Assembly (NCBI GenBank): GCA_964016885.1
Contig: CAXHJY010001386.1
Location: 1-64,000, forward strand
Length of the DNA stretch: 64,000 nt
Direction: 5' to 3'
From: Eledone cirrhosa
Taxonomy: Eukaryota
The translations under genes were made by a program, and so were the position numbers. This document shows positions 13,326 through 23,612 of the stretch, in pieces; within the stretch, counting starts at the first letter, position 1; each line of letters begins with the position of its first letter. Under the pieces are notes generated by a model, which saw only the letters and a list, made by a program, of their open reading frames with translations, did not search any database and was not told where the DNA came from.

Positions 13326-16300
13326 TGTTAATTTTACTGATGTAGTATTAACTTGGATATTTACCATGCGACCCTCAGTTCCTACCTCACAATTTCCCTC
13401 CCCCCCCACCCCTACACACCACCATAGTCTATTCGACCAATCAAACCTAGCATGCCATTTCCACTGCTGCTGCTACTACCTGCCTAACTAACTCTCTCCT
13501 CCTCTGGCGCATCCCAACACACCCTGCCATTACCCCACCACCACTGTTCTTCTAGCCCTCAATTTTCCCACCGTTATGGATGGATGAGCTGGGAATACAC
13601 GAGCAACTCTGAATCAATAGATGAAATATGAATCTGCAAGCTACCAAGCACCCACGTGAAGCGCCAACCCAGAGACCCTCCCCTACGAGTGTCGACAAAT
13701 GCCCAAAACTCCGAGTTGGTACCATCAATGTAGGCTCAATGAAAGGAAGAGCAGGAGAAATCGTAGAAATGCTAGAACGAAAGGAAGTTGATGTATGCTG
13801 TGTGCAAGAGACTAGATGGAGAGGAGGGTCTGCTAGAGTCCTTGTAGGAAAAAGCCAGTGCTACAAATTTTTCTGGGTGGGAAATGACGATGGGATGGGT
13901 GGTGTAGGTATACTATTAGCTGACAAGTGGGTAGATAAAGTAATCTCAGTGTACAGGGTAAATGCAAGAATCATTAAACTCAGACTAGTCCTGAATAAGA
14001 CAATTACCACAATAATATCAGCTTACGCACCCCAATCGGGGCTGCCAGACGAACTTAAGGATAGGTTTTACGAGTCCCTAATACACACTACTGCTCTAAC
14101 AGACGACAAGGACTTCCTAATCATTGCAGGAGATTTTAACGGACATGTAGGTAAACACTGCGACGGCTTCAATGGAGTACATGGAGGCCATGGAGTTGGC
14201 ACAAGGAATGAGGAAGGATTCAGACTTCTAGAATTCTGCGACGCCAATGACATGTCGATATGTAACACAAACTTTAAAAAACCCGACAACCACCTGATCA
14301 CCTATAGATCAGGGGAGCACTCTAGTCAGTTAGATTTTATCCTCATCAGAGGACGTGACAGATGGACGGTCGTAAACACAAAAGCCTTCCCTAGTGAGGA
14401 ATGTACATCCCAACATAGCTTAGTTGTCAGCGACCTCACGGTCAGAACTAGACGAGCCCTGAAACAGAGGCCAACCTGGAGAAGAAAGATCTGGAAGCTG
14501 AAAGTCCCCTCAACCAGTAACAGATTTAAAGATATTTTACTCAACGCCTACGACAGTAAAGAAGAACAGATAGAGACATTTAACGTAGAAGAGAACTGGG
14601 AGTTCCTAAAAAATAACTTACTAGAGGCGACGGATGAGGTTTGTGGCTGGAGTAAGACCTTAAGCAGGAGGAGAGTGACTTGGTGGTGGAACAATAAGGT
14701 AGATGAAGCAGTCAAGGCCAAGAGACAGGCATGGAAAGAATGGAAGAACGGGGGGGGGGGGGGCAGGATACATTACATAGAGACCAAGAGGGAAGCTAGG
14801 CGACAAGTATACTTAGCTAGGAGGGAAGCAGAGGATAGAAAATTCAAGCATGTTTTACAACGTGAGGACCAGAAACAGGAGGTATTCAAGATTGCGAGGC
14901 AGTGTGTCAGAGATAGTTGTGATGTCATTGGAGAGAAGTGTATCCGGAATGATAAAGGTGAGCTTGCCCTCACAAGTGCTGAGAAGAAAGATGCATGGAA
15001 GAGTCATTATGATAGATTACTAAATGAGGAGAATGCATGGGAAGAAGAGACCCTACCCCACGTAGACCCTATAGAGGGACCAGCAGTACAAGTCAGCGGC
15101 AGCGTAGTAAGTAAGGCAATCAGAGATATGAAGATAGGGAAGGCAACCGGTCCATCGGGTATCGCTGCCGAGATGCTGAAGGCATCTGGGTCTGTAGGTA
15201 ACACTATAACCACACGTATCGTTAACCAGGTAATACTAGAGGGGGCCATACCAAAAGATTGGTGCAGTAGCATCATTGTCAACTGCTACAAAGGTAAAGG
15301 CGATGCACTAGATAGAGGAAACTATAGAGGTATAAAGTTGATGGACCAGGTCATGAAAGTAACAGAAAGAGTTATAGCACAGCTGATTAGGGACCGGGTG
15401 AATATAGACGAGATGCAATTTGGGTTTGTACCAGGGAAAGGCACCACTGATGCCCTCTTCCTTGTGAGGCAATTACAGGAAAAGTACCTAGCTAAAAGTA
15501 AGCCACTCTACTTGGCATTTGTCGACCTTGAGAAAGCCTTTGACAGAGTTCCACGTGCAGTAATCTGGTGGGCTCTTAGAAAACTAGGAGTAGATGAATG
15601 GCTTGTGAAAGCGGTACAAGCCATGTATAGGGGAGCAGTCAGCAAAGTTAGGATTGGCAATGAGTATAGCGAGGAATTTAGCGTACAGGTTGGGGTCCAC
15701 CAGGGCTCTGTTCTTAGCCCTCTCCTGTTCATCATAGTCCTGCAGGCAATAACGGAGGAGTTTAAGACCGGATGCCCATGGGAACTCCTGTATGCAGATG
15801 ACCTCGCACTCATAGCTGAATCTATGGTAGAACTAGAGAATAAATTCCAAACCTGGAAGCAGGGACTAGAGAGAAAGGGCCTCAAAGTCAACATGACAAA
15901 GACTAAGGTCCTTATAAGTAGACGAGAAAACAGAACCCAGATCCCCTCAGGGAAATGGCCTTGCTCAGTATGTAGGAAAGGTGTAGGTAGGAACTCCATT
16001 CTCTGCCCCAAATGCAAACAATGGGTACACAGGAGATGTAGCGGGATCTCAGGAAGCTTAATTAAGAATGTAGGATTCACATGCAGCAGCTGTGCTGAAA
16101 CAGCAAGCAAACAGCCACAGGAAACAAGTACCACCAATCTCTGGGAGGGCCCTGTAGAAACAGTAGACAGCTTCTGCTACCTAGGTGACCGAATTAGCAA
16201 CGGAGGTGGGTGCTCAGAAAGTACAATAACTAGGGTAAGAACGGGATGGAAGAAGTTTAGGGAACTACTACCACTGCTAGCTGCAAAAGGCTTCTCCCTC

Positions 16301-17056
16301 AGAATGAAAGGCAGACTGTATGATGCGTGTATCCGAACAGCGATGTTGCATGGTAGTGAGACCTGGGCGCTGAAGGTGGAAGACTTACGTAGATTAGAGA
16401 GAAACGAAGCCTGCATGCTCCGATGGATGTGTAACAGTAATATACGTGAACGACAAAGCATAAAGGAATTGAGAGAGAGACTGAGCATAAGAGGAATCAA
16501 ATGCTGCGTGCAGGAGAGGCGGTTACGCTGGTATGGACATGTGATGCGTATGAAGGATGACAGCTGCATAAAAAGGTGCAGAGCACTAGAAGTTGATGGA
16601 AACCGCGGAGTGGGGAGACCCAAGATGACTTGGGATGAGGTGATAAAAGCCGACCTTACCCAACTACACCTCTCAAAGTCAATGACACACGACCGTGACT
16701 TCTGGCGTCACACAGTAATACAGGGTACCCGACCTCCCATGGGTACATGCTGAAGCATATAAACAATATGCCCCCCCCCACTGCAAGGTGGTCGTGGAGG
16801 TGCCACGGCAAAAAAGCACCCAGCCCACACTGTAAAGTGGACGTGTAGGCGCCACGAAAAAGCACCCAGCACTCACTGTAAATGAGGTTGGTGTTAGGAA
16901 GGGCATCCAGCTGTAGAAATCAAGCCAGATCAGTTCCTGTATGAGCAAGGCATGGTCAGCCGACCAGACACTGCCCACAACAGGACAACCCGTCTAACCC
17001 ATGCTAGCGTGGAAGAACGGACGTAAAACGGTGATGATGATGATGATGATGATGAT
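13326..17056 (+). mobile_element. Apparently full-length RTE LINE family B
   Basis: ~300-nt 5' UTR, one uninterrupted ORF, ~300-nt 3' UTR, (GAT)n tail; same microsatellite variant on both flanks. Confidence 0.93.
13628..16753 (+). CDS. RTE polyprotein: APE endonuclease + reverse transcriptase with internal PHD-type finger (1041 aa)
   Basis: GTINVGSM, CVQETRW, GVGI, AYAPQ, GDFN, QLDFIL, QHSLV; NYRGIKL, FVDLEKAFDRV, GVHQGS, LYADD, KTKV, FCYLG; no stop codons. Confidence 0.95.
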   Translation: MNLQATKHPREAPTQRPSPTSVDKCPKLRVGTINVGSMKGRAGEIVEMLERKEVDVCCVQETRWRGGSARVLVGKSQCYKFFWVGNDDGMGGVGILLADKWVDKVISVYRVNARIIKLRLVLNKTITTIISAYAPQSGLPDELKDRFYESLIHTTALTDDKDFLIIAGDFNGHVGKHCDGFNGVHGGHGVGTRNEEGFRLLEFCDANDMSICNTNFKKPDNHLITYRSGEHSSQLDFILIRGRDRWTVVNTKAFPSEECTSQHSLVVSDLTVRTRRALKQRPTWRRKIWKLKVPSTSNRFKDILLNAYDSKEEQIETFNVEENWEFLKNNLLEATDEVCGWSKTLSRRRVTWWWNNKVDEAVKAKRQAWKEWKNGGGGGRIHYIETKREARRQVYLARREAEDRKFKHVLQREDQKQEVFKIARQCVRDSCDVIGEKCIRNDKGELALTSAEKKDAWKSHYDRLLNEENAWEEETLPHVDPIEGPAVQVSGSVVSKAIRDMKIGKATGPSGIAAEMLKASGSVGNTITTRIVNQVILEGAIPKDWCSSIIVNCYKGKGDALDRGNYRGIKLMDQVMKVTERVIAQLIRDRVNIDEMQFGFVPGKGTTDALFLVRQLQEKYLAKSKPLYLAFVDLEKAFDRVPRAVIWWALRKLGVDEWLVKAVQAMYRGAVSKVRIGNEYSEEFSVQVGVHQGSVLSPLLFIIVLQAITEEFKTGCPWELLYADDLALIAESMVELENKFQTWKQGLERKGLKVNMTKTKVLISRRENRTQIPSGKWPCSVCRKGVGRNSILCPKCKQWVHRRCSGISGSLIKNVGFTCSSCAETASKQPQETSTTNLWEGPVETVDSFCYLGDRISNGGGCSESTITRVRTGWKKFRELLPLLAAKGFSLRMKGRLYDACIRTAMLHGSETWALKVEDLRRLERNEACMLRWMCNSNIRERQSIKELRERLSIRGIKCCVQERRLRWYGHVMRMKDDSCIKRCRALEVDGNRGVGRPKMTWDEVIKADLTQLHLSKSMTHDRDFWRHTVIQGTRPPMGTC

Positions 17057-17090
17057 GTATATACATATATGTATATATATATGTATATAC

Positions 17091-18295
17091 ATAACATTCT
17101 ACTGAGAAAGCTGTCCAATATTGGTGTCACTGGAAAGCTGCTGCAGTGGATCAAGAGCTTCCTGTCAAATAGAACCCAACATGTTGTAGTTGAAGGAGTC
17201 AAATCCAGCCCAGCCAAAGTTAGTAGTGGGGTCCCACAAGGCACTGTGTTGGGCCCACTTCTCTTCATCATCTATATTAATGACATCACTGACATCATCA
17301 AACACAGCAACATTAAAATTTTCGCTGATGATTCCAAGCTCCAAAAGGTCATCAATGGTGTGGATGACCGGATAAGCCTTCAGTCAGACCTACTGGCTGT
17401 TACCCAATGGGCGGAAAAGAACAGCATGTTACTGAACGAAGACAAATTCGAACTGATCCACTTTGGAAATGAGGATGCTCTGAAACTCCCGTACTCCCTT
17501 CCCTCCGGGGAAACTCTCGTGGCATCTAACAACATCAGAGACTTGGGAGTAACCGTGGACAGCAACATAAGCTGGGCCACGCATATAAGCAGCAAAGTTG
17601 ACATGGCCCGCAAAATGTGTTCCTGGATCCTCAGAACCTTCCAGTCGAGAGATTCCCACACCATTATCCTTCTCTTCTCTACTGTTGCCCGACCACACCT
17701 TGAATACTGTTGTCCACTGTGGTCTCCCCACACGAAACAAAGTATCATGAATCTTGAAGCTCCTCAAAGGGCAATCACGAAAAAGATAGATGGCATGTCA
17801 GACCTGACTACTGGGGTCGACTAAAAAAGCTGAAACTTTACTCACTCCAACGTCGCCGTGAGCGTTATATTATCTGCATGATGTGGAAAATGTTCCATCA
17901 TCACTGCCCAAATGATGTTGGCATCGCCTTCAAGATACACCCAAGGCTTGGGCCCCGTGCTATCCGTCCCATTCAAAAATCTAAATCGCAACTCATAACA
18001 ACAATACGGCACAATTATTTCACCTCAATCGGCCCTGCTCTCTTCAACATCACACCAGGACACGTCAAAATAGAAACTGACCACACAAAATTCAAGAAGT
18101 CTTTGGACAAATTCCTCAAAGTAATCCCGGACAAACCACCCACACCCGGATATGTCTCCGCAAACAGAATTTCTCTTCTCGAAAGGGCCATGGTGCCCAA
18201 ATCCTGAATTGAAAGACTTCGCCAGGTGGTGCTATTAAGTTAGACATGGCCTGGGCCAATACTGGCCAAAACATTTCAAAGTTATTCAAAGTTAT
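17091..18295 (+). mobile_element. 3' fragment of a second CR1-group LINE, frameshift near 17810
   Basis: SGVPQGTVLGPLLFIIYIND, FADDSK, RDLGV, RPHLEYC, then PDKP; terminal hairpin GGCCAATACTGGCC and TTCAAAGTTA tandem tail. Confidence 0.88.
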
Positions 18296-18395
18296 GTATA
18301 TATAAGTATATACATATATGTATATATATGTATATGTATATATATGTATATGTATATATATGTATATATATATATATGTATATGTATATATATGC

Positions 18396-19628
18396 AAAGT
18401 ACTAGTTTGTAGGAAAGAAAACAAGGCGGCGGTCCCTTCTGGGAAATGGTCGTGCTCGGTGTGTAGGAAAGGCGTAGGTAGAAACTCCATTTTATGTCCT
18501 AAATGCAAAGTATGGGTGCATAAAAGATGTAGTGGGATCACAGGTAAGCTAACTAAGAACATAGATTTTACATGTGGCCGGTGCTCTGGTGCAATAAGTA
18601 GCAGCAAGTGCCCACAAAATACTAGCTCTTTCAATTGCGCAGAGGGTTCTATAGAAATAGTGGACAGCTTCCGTTACCTGGGCGATAAAATCAGCAGTGG
18701 GGGAGGGTGCTCTGAAAGTACTGTAGCTAGAGTCAGAACTGGTTGGAAAAAGTTCAGAGAGCTTATACCACTATTAGCTGCTAAAGGGTTCTCCCTAAAA
18801 ATGAAAGGCAGGTTGTACGATGCCTGCATACGAACAGCAATGCTGCATGGCAGTGAGACCTGGGCATTGTGTGCAGAGGATATACGCAGACTAGAGAGGA
18901 ACGAAGCTTGCATGCTCCGCTGGATGTGTAACAGTAATATACGTGAACGGCAAAGCATAAACGAACTAAGGAAAAAATTAGAGATAAGAGGGATCAGATG
19001 TTGTTTACTCGAGAGAAGGCTACGTTGGTATGGACACGTGATGCGCATGAAAGTCGATAGCTGTATAACAAAGTGCACGGCAACAAAGATAGACGGTAGT
19101 CACGGAATAGGCAGACCTAGAAAAACCTGGGACGAGCTGATAAACTTCGACATCACACACTTACACCTCTCCAAGACAATGTCACTTGACCGAGAACTTT
19201 GGTGGTACTCAGTAACAGAGAAGACCCGCCTTACCCAAATATATAGTAAAACCTACTCCAGCCAGTAGGCATCTCTAACAAAATACACCCCGTCCCACCT
19301 CCACCACCCCCACCCCATCCACACCACCCCGTTCTATGTAAAGTTATGTTGGTGCCGCGCCATCGAGGCCGAAACAAATGAGATCGTGTAGGTGTCACGA
19401 CAAAAAAACACACAGTCCACGCTGTAATGTGGCCGTGTAGGCAACACGGTAAAAACCTCCCAGACCCACACTGTAAATGTGGTTGGTGTTAGGAAGGGCA
19501 TCCAACTGTAGAAAACCTGCCAGACAGTCCTATGCGAGCAAGACAATCACTCTTGCCTCAAGTGGGACTACCCCTGTCCAAACCCATGCAAGCGTGGAAC
19601 ACGGACGTTAAACGTTGATGATGATGAT
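18396..19628 (+). mobile_element. RTE family C, 5'-truncated, same breakpoint as the 10653 copy
   Basis: Both copies start CAAAGTACTAGTTTGTAGG and are nearly identical throughout. Confidence 0.93.
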
Positions 19629-19646
19629 ACATATATATATATATAT

Positions 19647-19711
<65 letters not shown>

Positions 19712-19723
19712 CATATATATATA

Positions 19724-20436
19724 GAAAGATTTGAATGGATACAGTTTAGTTGAAAGGAATTTATTGACACGTGTTTCTATAACAGTTACATAACCTAAAA
19801 CAGCTGCTATCTACAAACTTTTAGTTATGCAGACATTCAATATTTCAATGTTATTATTTACTGTCATTTCATCAGAATAATATTACTGAGGACCTATTTA
19901 GTTTTTATAGAGAATATTAGGAGGGAGGGGTGAAGTTGTTAGAAGAATAGTTGAAGGAGTGGTTTTTCGATAGCAGTGAGAATTCTTGGTGGCAGTGAGT
20001 AATTAGATTCCCATCTGTTGTTTTGACATTTTTTATAGAATATATTATTGGTTATTTTTCTAAATCTATAGAAGGATTAGAGATAGTAAACATATGCGTG
20101 GTTGGTTTTGTGTTTGCACTTAATTAACATTCAGACTTAAATTTTTCTTTCAAGTGTACGTATCCTTTCACCCACGCATTCACAAACAAATATATTTGCA
20201 CACCTCTACAAAATACATATACTCACAATTCACATATTCATACTTACATATATATACACATGCATACACATATATATACACACATGTATTCATGTACATA
20301 CATACGCGCTCATGTGTATACATTTTCATACTCAACTTATCTTTATATACACACGTATAGACACACACATATATACATACATACTCTAGTCCATGTGTAC
20401 ACACATACACATACATACACATCCATATACACATAT

Positions 20437-20467
<31 letters not shown>

Positions 20468-20938
20468 AGCACTTTAATACATGAATACACTTACATCTAA
20501 CTATACACATCAAACATATATATATATTTACTTATTTATATACATTTTCACATATATATACATACTTATGGACGTTTTTAGACACATTCATTATCGCATA
20601 TTTGTACCTATTCTCATCAGCATATCTTTCCATTATTAGTGTGGTAATTTAAGGTTATTAATATATGTTGAGAAGAGATTGTTTTTATATTTTTCTAACT
20701 AGATTAAGGTTTATATAGTTGGGGGATGTCCCTCTTTTATGTAATATTCGGCTTGTAGTGGGAAAAAAGGGTTTTAGTTCTGTGACGGCAGAATAATGTT
20801 CATTCAATTCTGTTATTCAGCAGTTTCTTCTTGTGTGTGATTATGTAATAAATCTCAAGATTACACAATTTGCAGAAATTTTGGCTCCTGGAAAAGCTTT
20901 GGGTTTTAGCTAATTTTTCCCATTTTAGGGTAAACTTT
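19724..20938 (-). mobile_element. Degenerate Penelope-like element 3' end (endonuclease C-terminus plus pLTR-like region)
   Basis: Minus strand 20938-20770 reads FTLKWEKLAKTQSF/PGAKNFCKLCNLEIYYIITHKKKLLNNRIE*TLFCRHRTK, resembling the W..CxxCxxE..LNxRxE..CRH tail of Penelope-type GIY-YIG proteins; hammerhead core downstream on the same strand. Confidence 0.65.
19825..19880 (-). ncRNA. Degenerate type I hammerhead motif
   Basis: CTGATGA-aatg..catt-GAAA-tattgaatg-TC; core and stems II/III present, stem I poorly paired. Confidence 0.45.
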
Positions 20939-20954
20939 TATATATATATATATA

Positions 20955-20997
<43 letters not shown>

Positions 20998-20999
20998 GC

Positions 21000-21029
<30 letters not shown>

Positions 21030-21031
<2 letters not shown>

Positions 21032-22195
21032 GTGGCCGGTGCTCTGGTGCAATAAGTAGCAGCAAGTGCCCACAAAATACTAGCTCCTTCAACTGCGCAG
21101 AGGGTTCTATAGAAATAGTGGACAGCTTCCGTTACCTGGGTGACAAAATCAGCAGTGGGGGAGGGTGCTCTGAAAGTACAGTAGCTAGAGTCAGAACTGG
21201 ATGGAAAAAGTTCAGAGAGCTTATACCACTATTAGCCGCTAGAGGGTTCTCCCTAAAAATGAAAGGCAGGTTATACGATGCCTGCATACGAACAGCAATG
21301 TTGCATGGCAGTGAGACCTGGGCATTGTGTGCAGAGGATATACGCAGACTAGAGAGGAATGAAGCTTGCATGCTCCGCTGGATGTGCAATAGTAATATAC
21401 GTGAACGGCAAAGCATAAACGAACTAAGGAAAAAATTAGAAATAAGAGGGATCAGATGTTGTTTACTCGAGAAAAGGCTACGTTGGTACGGTCACGTGAT
21501 GCGCATGAAAGACGACAGCTGTATAACAAAGTGCAGGGCAATAAAGATAGACGGTAGCCACGGAGTAGGCAGACCCAGAAAAACATGGGACGAGCTGATA
21601 AATTCCGACCTCACACGCTTACACCTCTCCAAGACAATGTCACTGGACCGAGACCTTTGGCGGTACTCAGTAATAGAGAAGACCCGCCTTACCTAAATAC
21701 AAAGTAAAAACCTACTACAGTCAGTAGGCATCTCTATCAAAACACCCCCCCGTCCCACCACCTCCACCCCATCCACACCGCCCCTTTCAACAGTTATGTT
21801 GGTCCCACAACATCCAGGCCGAAACAAATGAGATCGTGTAGGTGTCACGACAAAAAACACACAGTCCACGCTGTAAATGTGGCCGTGTAGGCAACACGGT
21901 AAAAACGTCCCAGCCCCACACTGTAAATGTGGTTGGTGTTAGGAAGGGCATCCAGCTGTAGAAAACCCGCCAGACAGTCCACGCTGTAATGTGGCCGTGT
22001 AGGCAACACGGTAAAAACCTCCCAGCCCCACACTGTAAATGTGGTTGGTGTTAGGAAGGGCATCCAACTGTAGAAAACCCGCCAGACAGTCCTATGCGAG
22101 CAAGATAACCACTCTTGCCTCAAGTGGGAAAACCCCCGTCCAAACCCATGCAAGCGTGGAACACGGACGCTAAACCTGATGATGATGATGATGAT
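21030..22195 (+). mobile_element. RTE family C, 5'-truncated, duplicated 3' UTR module
   Basis: ORF 21118-21696; two copies of the ~120-bp UTR module; (GAT)n tail. Confidence 0.93.
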
Positions 22196-22203
22196 ATATA
22201 TAT

Positions 22204-22255
<52 letters not shown>

Positions 22256-22339
22256 GCATATATATATACGCATATATATATACGCATATATATATACGCA
22301 TATATATATATATATACGCATATATATATATATATACGC

Positions 22340-22390
<51 letters not shown>

Positions 22391-22441
22391 CATATATATA
22401 TACATATATACATATATATATATATATACATATATATATAC

Positions 22442-22530
<89 letters not shown>

Positions 22531-22616
22531 GATATATATATATAGATATAAAAACAAATAACGAAACGAAATTAAATTTCGTTTCGTTTGTAACTCACTT
22601 TTGTATGACTGACGCT

Positions 22617-22964
22617 TAAACAATTAAGTTAAAAATGTACATCCACATATGTATACTGAAATACTAGTATGCATATGAATACACACACGTATACATATGT
22701 AGATGTACCGAGTTTTTCACTGGTCACTTTACTGTGAGTGTCCAGCTATTCTGTATGTAAACACACAGACAAACCGGTTTTTAGAGTCATACTGGTTTTT
22801 GAGGAAACACCTTTCCTCTATTCTCCAGAAAGCCAAACAACACTCACAGTAAAGTGACCAGTGAAAAACTCGGTACATCTACATATGTATACGTGTGTGT
22901 ATTCATATGCATACTAGTATTTCAGTATACATATGTGGATGTACATTTTTAACTTAATTGTTTA
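22617..22964. repeat. Inverted repeat, 125-bp arms, 98-bp spacer
   Basis: 22617-22741 is the reverse complement of 22840-22964. Confidence 0.92.
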
Positions 22965-23025
22965 TATAGATATATATATAGATATATATATATATATAGA
23001 TATATATATATATATATAGATATAT

Positions 23026-23370
23026 GGAGGCACATGGCTTAGTGGTTAGAGCATTGGCCTTGCAATCGAAAGGTTGTGAGTTCAATTCTCAGACTGGGTG
23101 ATGTGTTGTTTCCTTGAGCAAGACACTTTATTTCACATTGCTCCAGTTTACTCAGCTGTAGAAATGAGGTGATAGGGACTGGGGTCCATATCATACCACT
23201 GCAAAGTGGTCGTGGAGGTGCCACAGCAAAAATGCACCCAGCACTCACTGTAAATGAGGTTGGTGTTAGGAAGGGCATCCAGCTGTAGAAATCAAGCCAG
23301 AATCAGTTCCCGTCCCACCCTTGCAAGCAGGGAAAAAGCGGACGTAAAATGAAATGATGATGATGATGAT
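23026..23370 (+). mobile_element. tRNA-derived CORE-type SINE with RTE-derived 3' half
   Basis: A box TGGCTTAGTGG, B box GAGTTCAATTC, CORE-like TCCTTGAGCAAGACACTTTA; segment matching family B 3' UTR; family A terminal stem-loop; (TGA)n tail. Confidence 0.9.
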
Positions 23371-23470
23371 ATATATATATATAGATATATATATATAGGT
23401 ATATATATATATATATATAGATATAGATAGAGATAGAGATATAGAGATAGAGATATAGAGATAGAGATAT

Positions 23471-23527
<57 letters not shown>

Positions 23528-23612
23528 TATAGATAACGAAGGAAATGTGGTAAGGAACCAGCTGGACCATAACGCACCAAAGTACTCAATACTTGAGGTA
23601 GTAGAGTGGGTA

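Noticed and set aside
14068-16623. Recurrent antisense ORFs in the RTE copies
   Set aside because: Shadows of the sense ORF, repeated because the copies are homologous; no independent motifs.
16842-16900. Resemblance of CGTG-TAGG..-CACG-AAAAA to the pistol ribozyme P1 region
   Set aside because: I could not find the 6-bp pseudoknot partner or the P2/P3 arrangement with a GU cleavage site; kept only as a generic structured module.
20800-20810. In-frame TGA in the Penelope-like peptide as possible selenocysteine
   Set aside because: It does not fall at an expected Cys position and the fragment is also frameshifted, so it is most likely decay.
23026-23100. tRNA gene
   Set aside because: The A and B boxes belong to a SINE head that continues into CORE and LINE-derived sequence in four copies.
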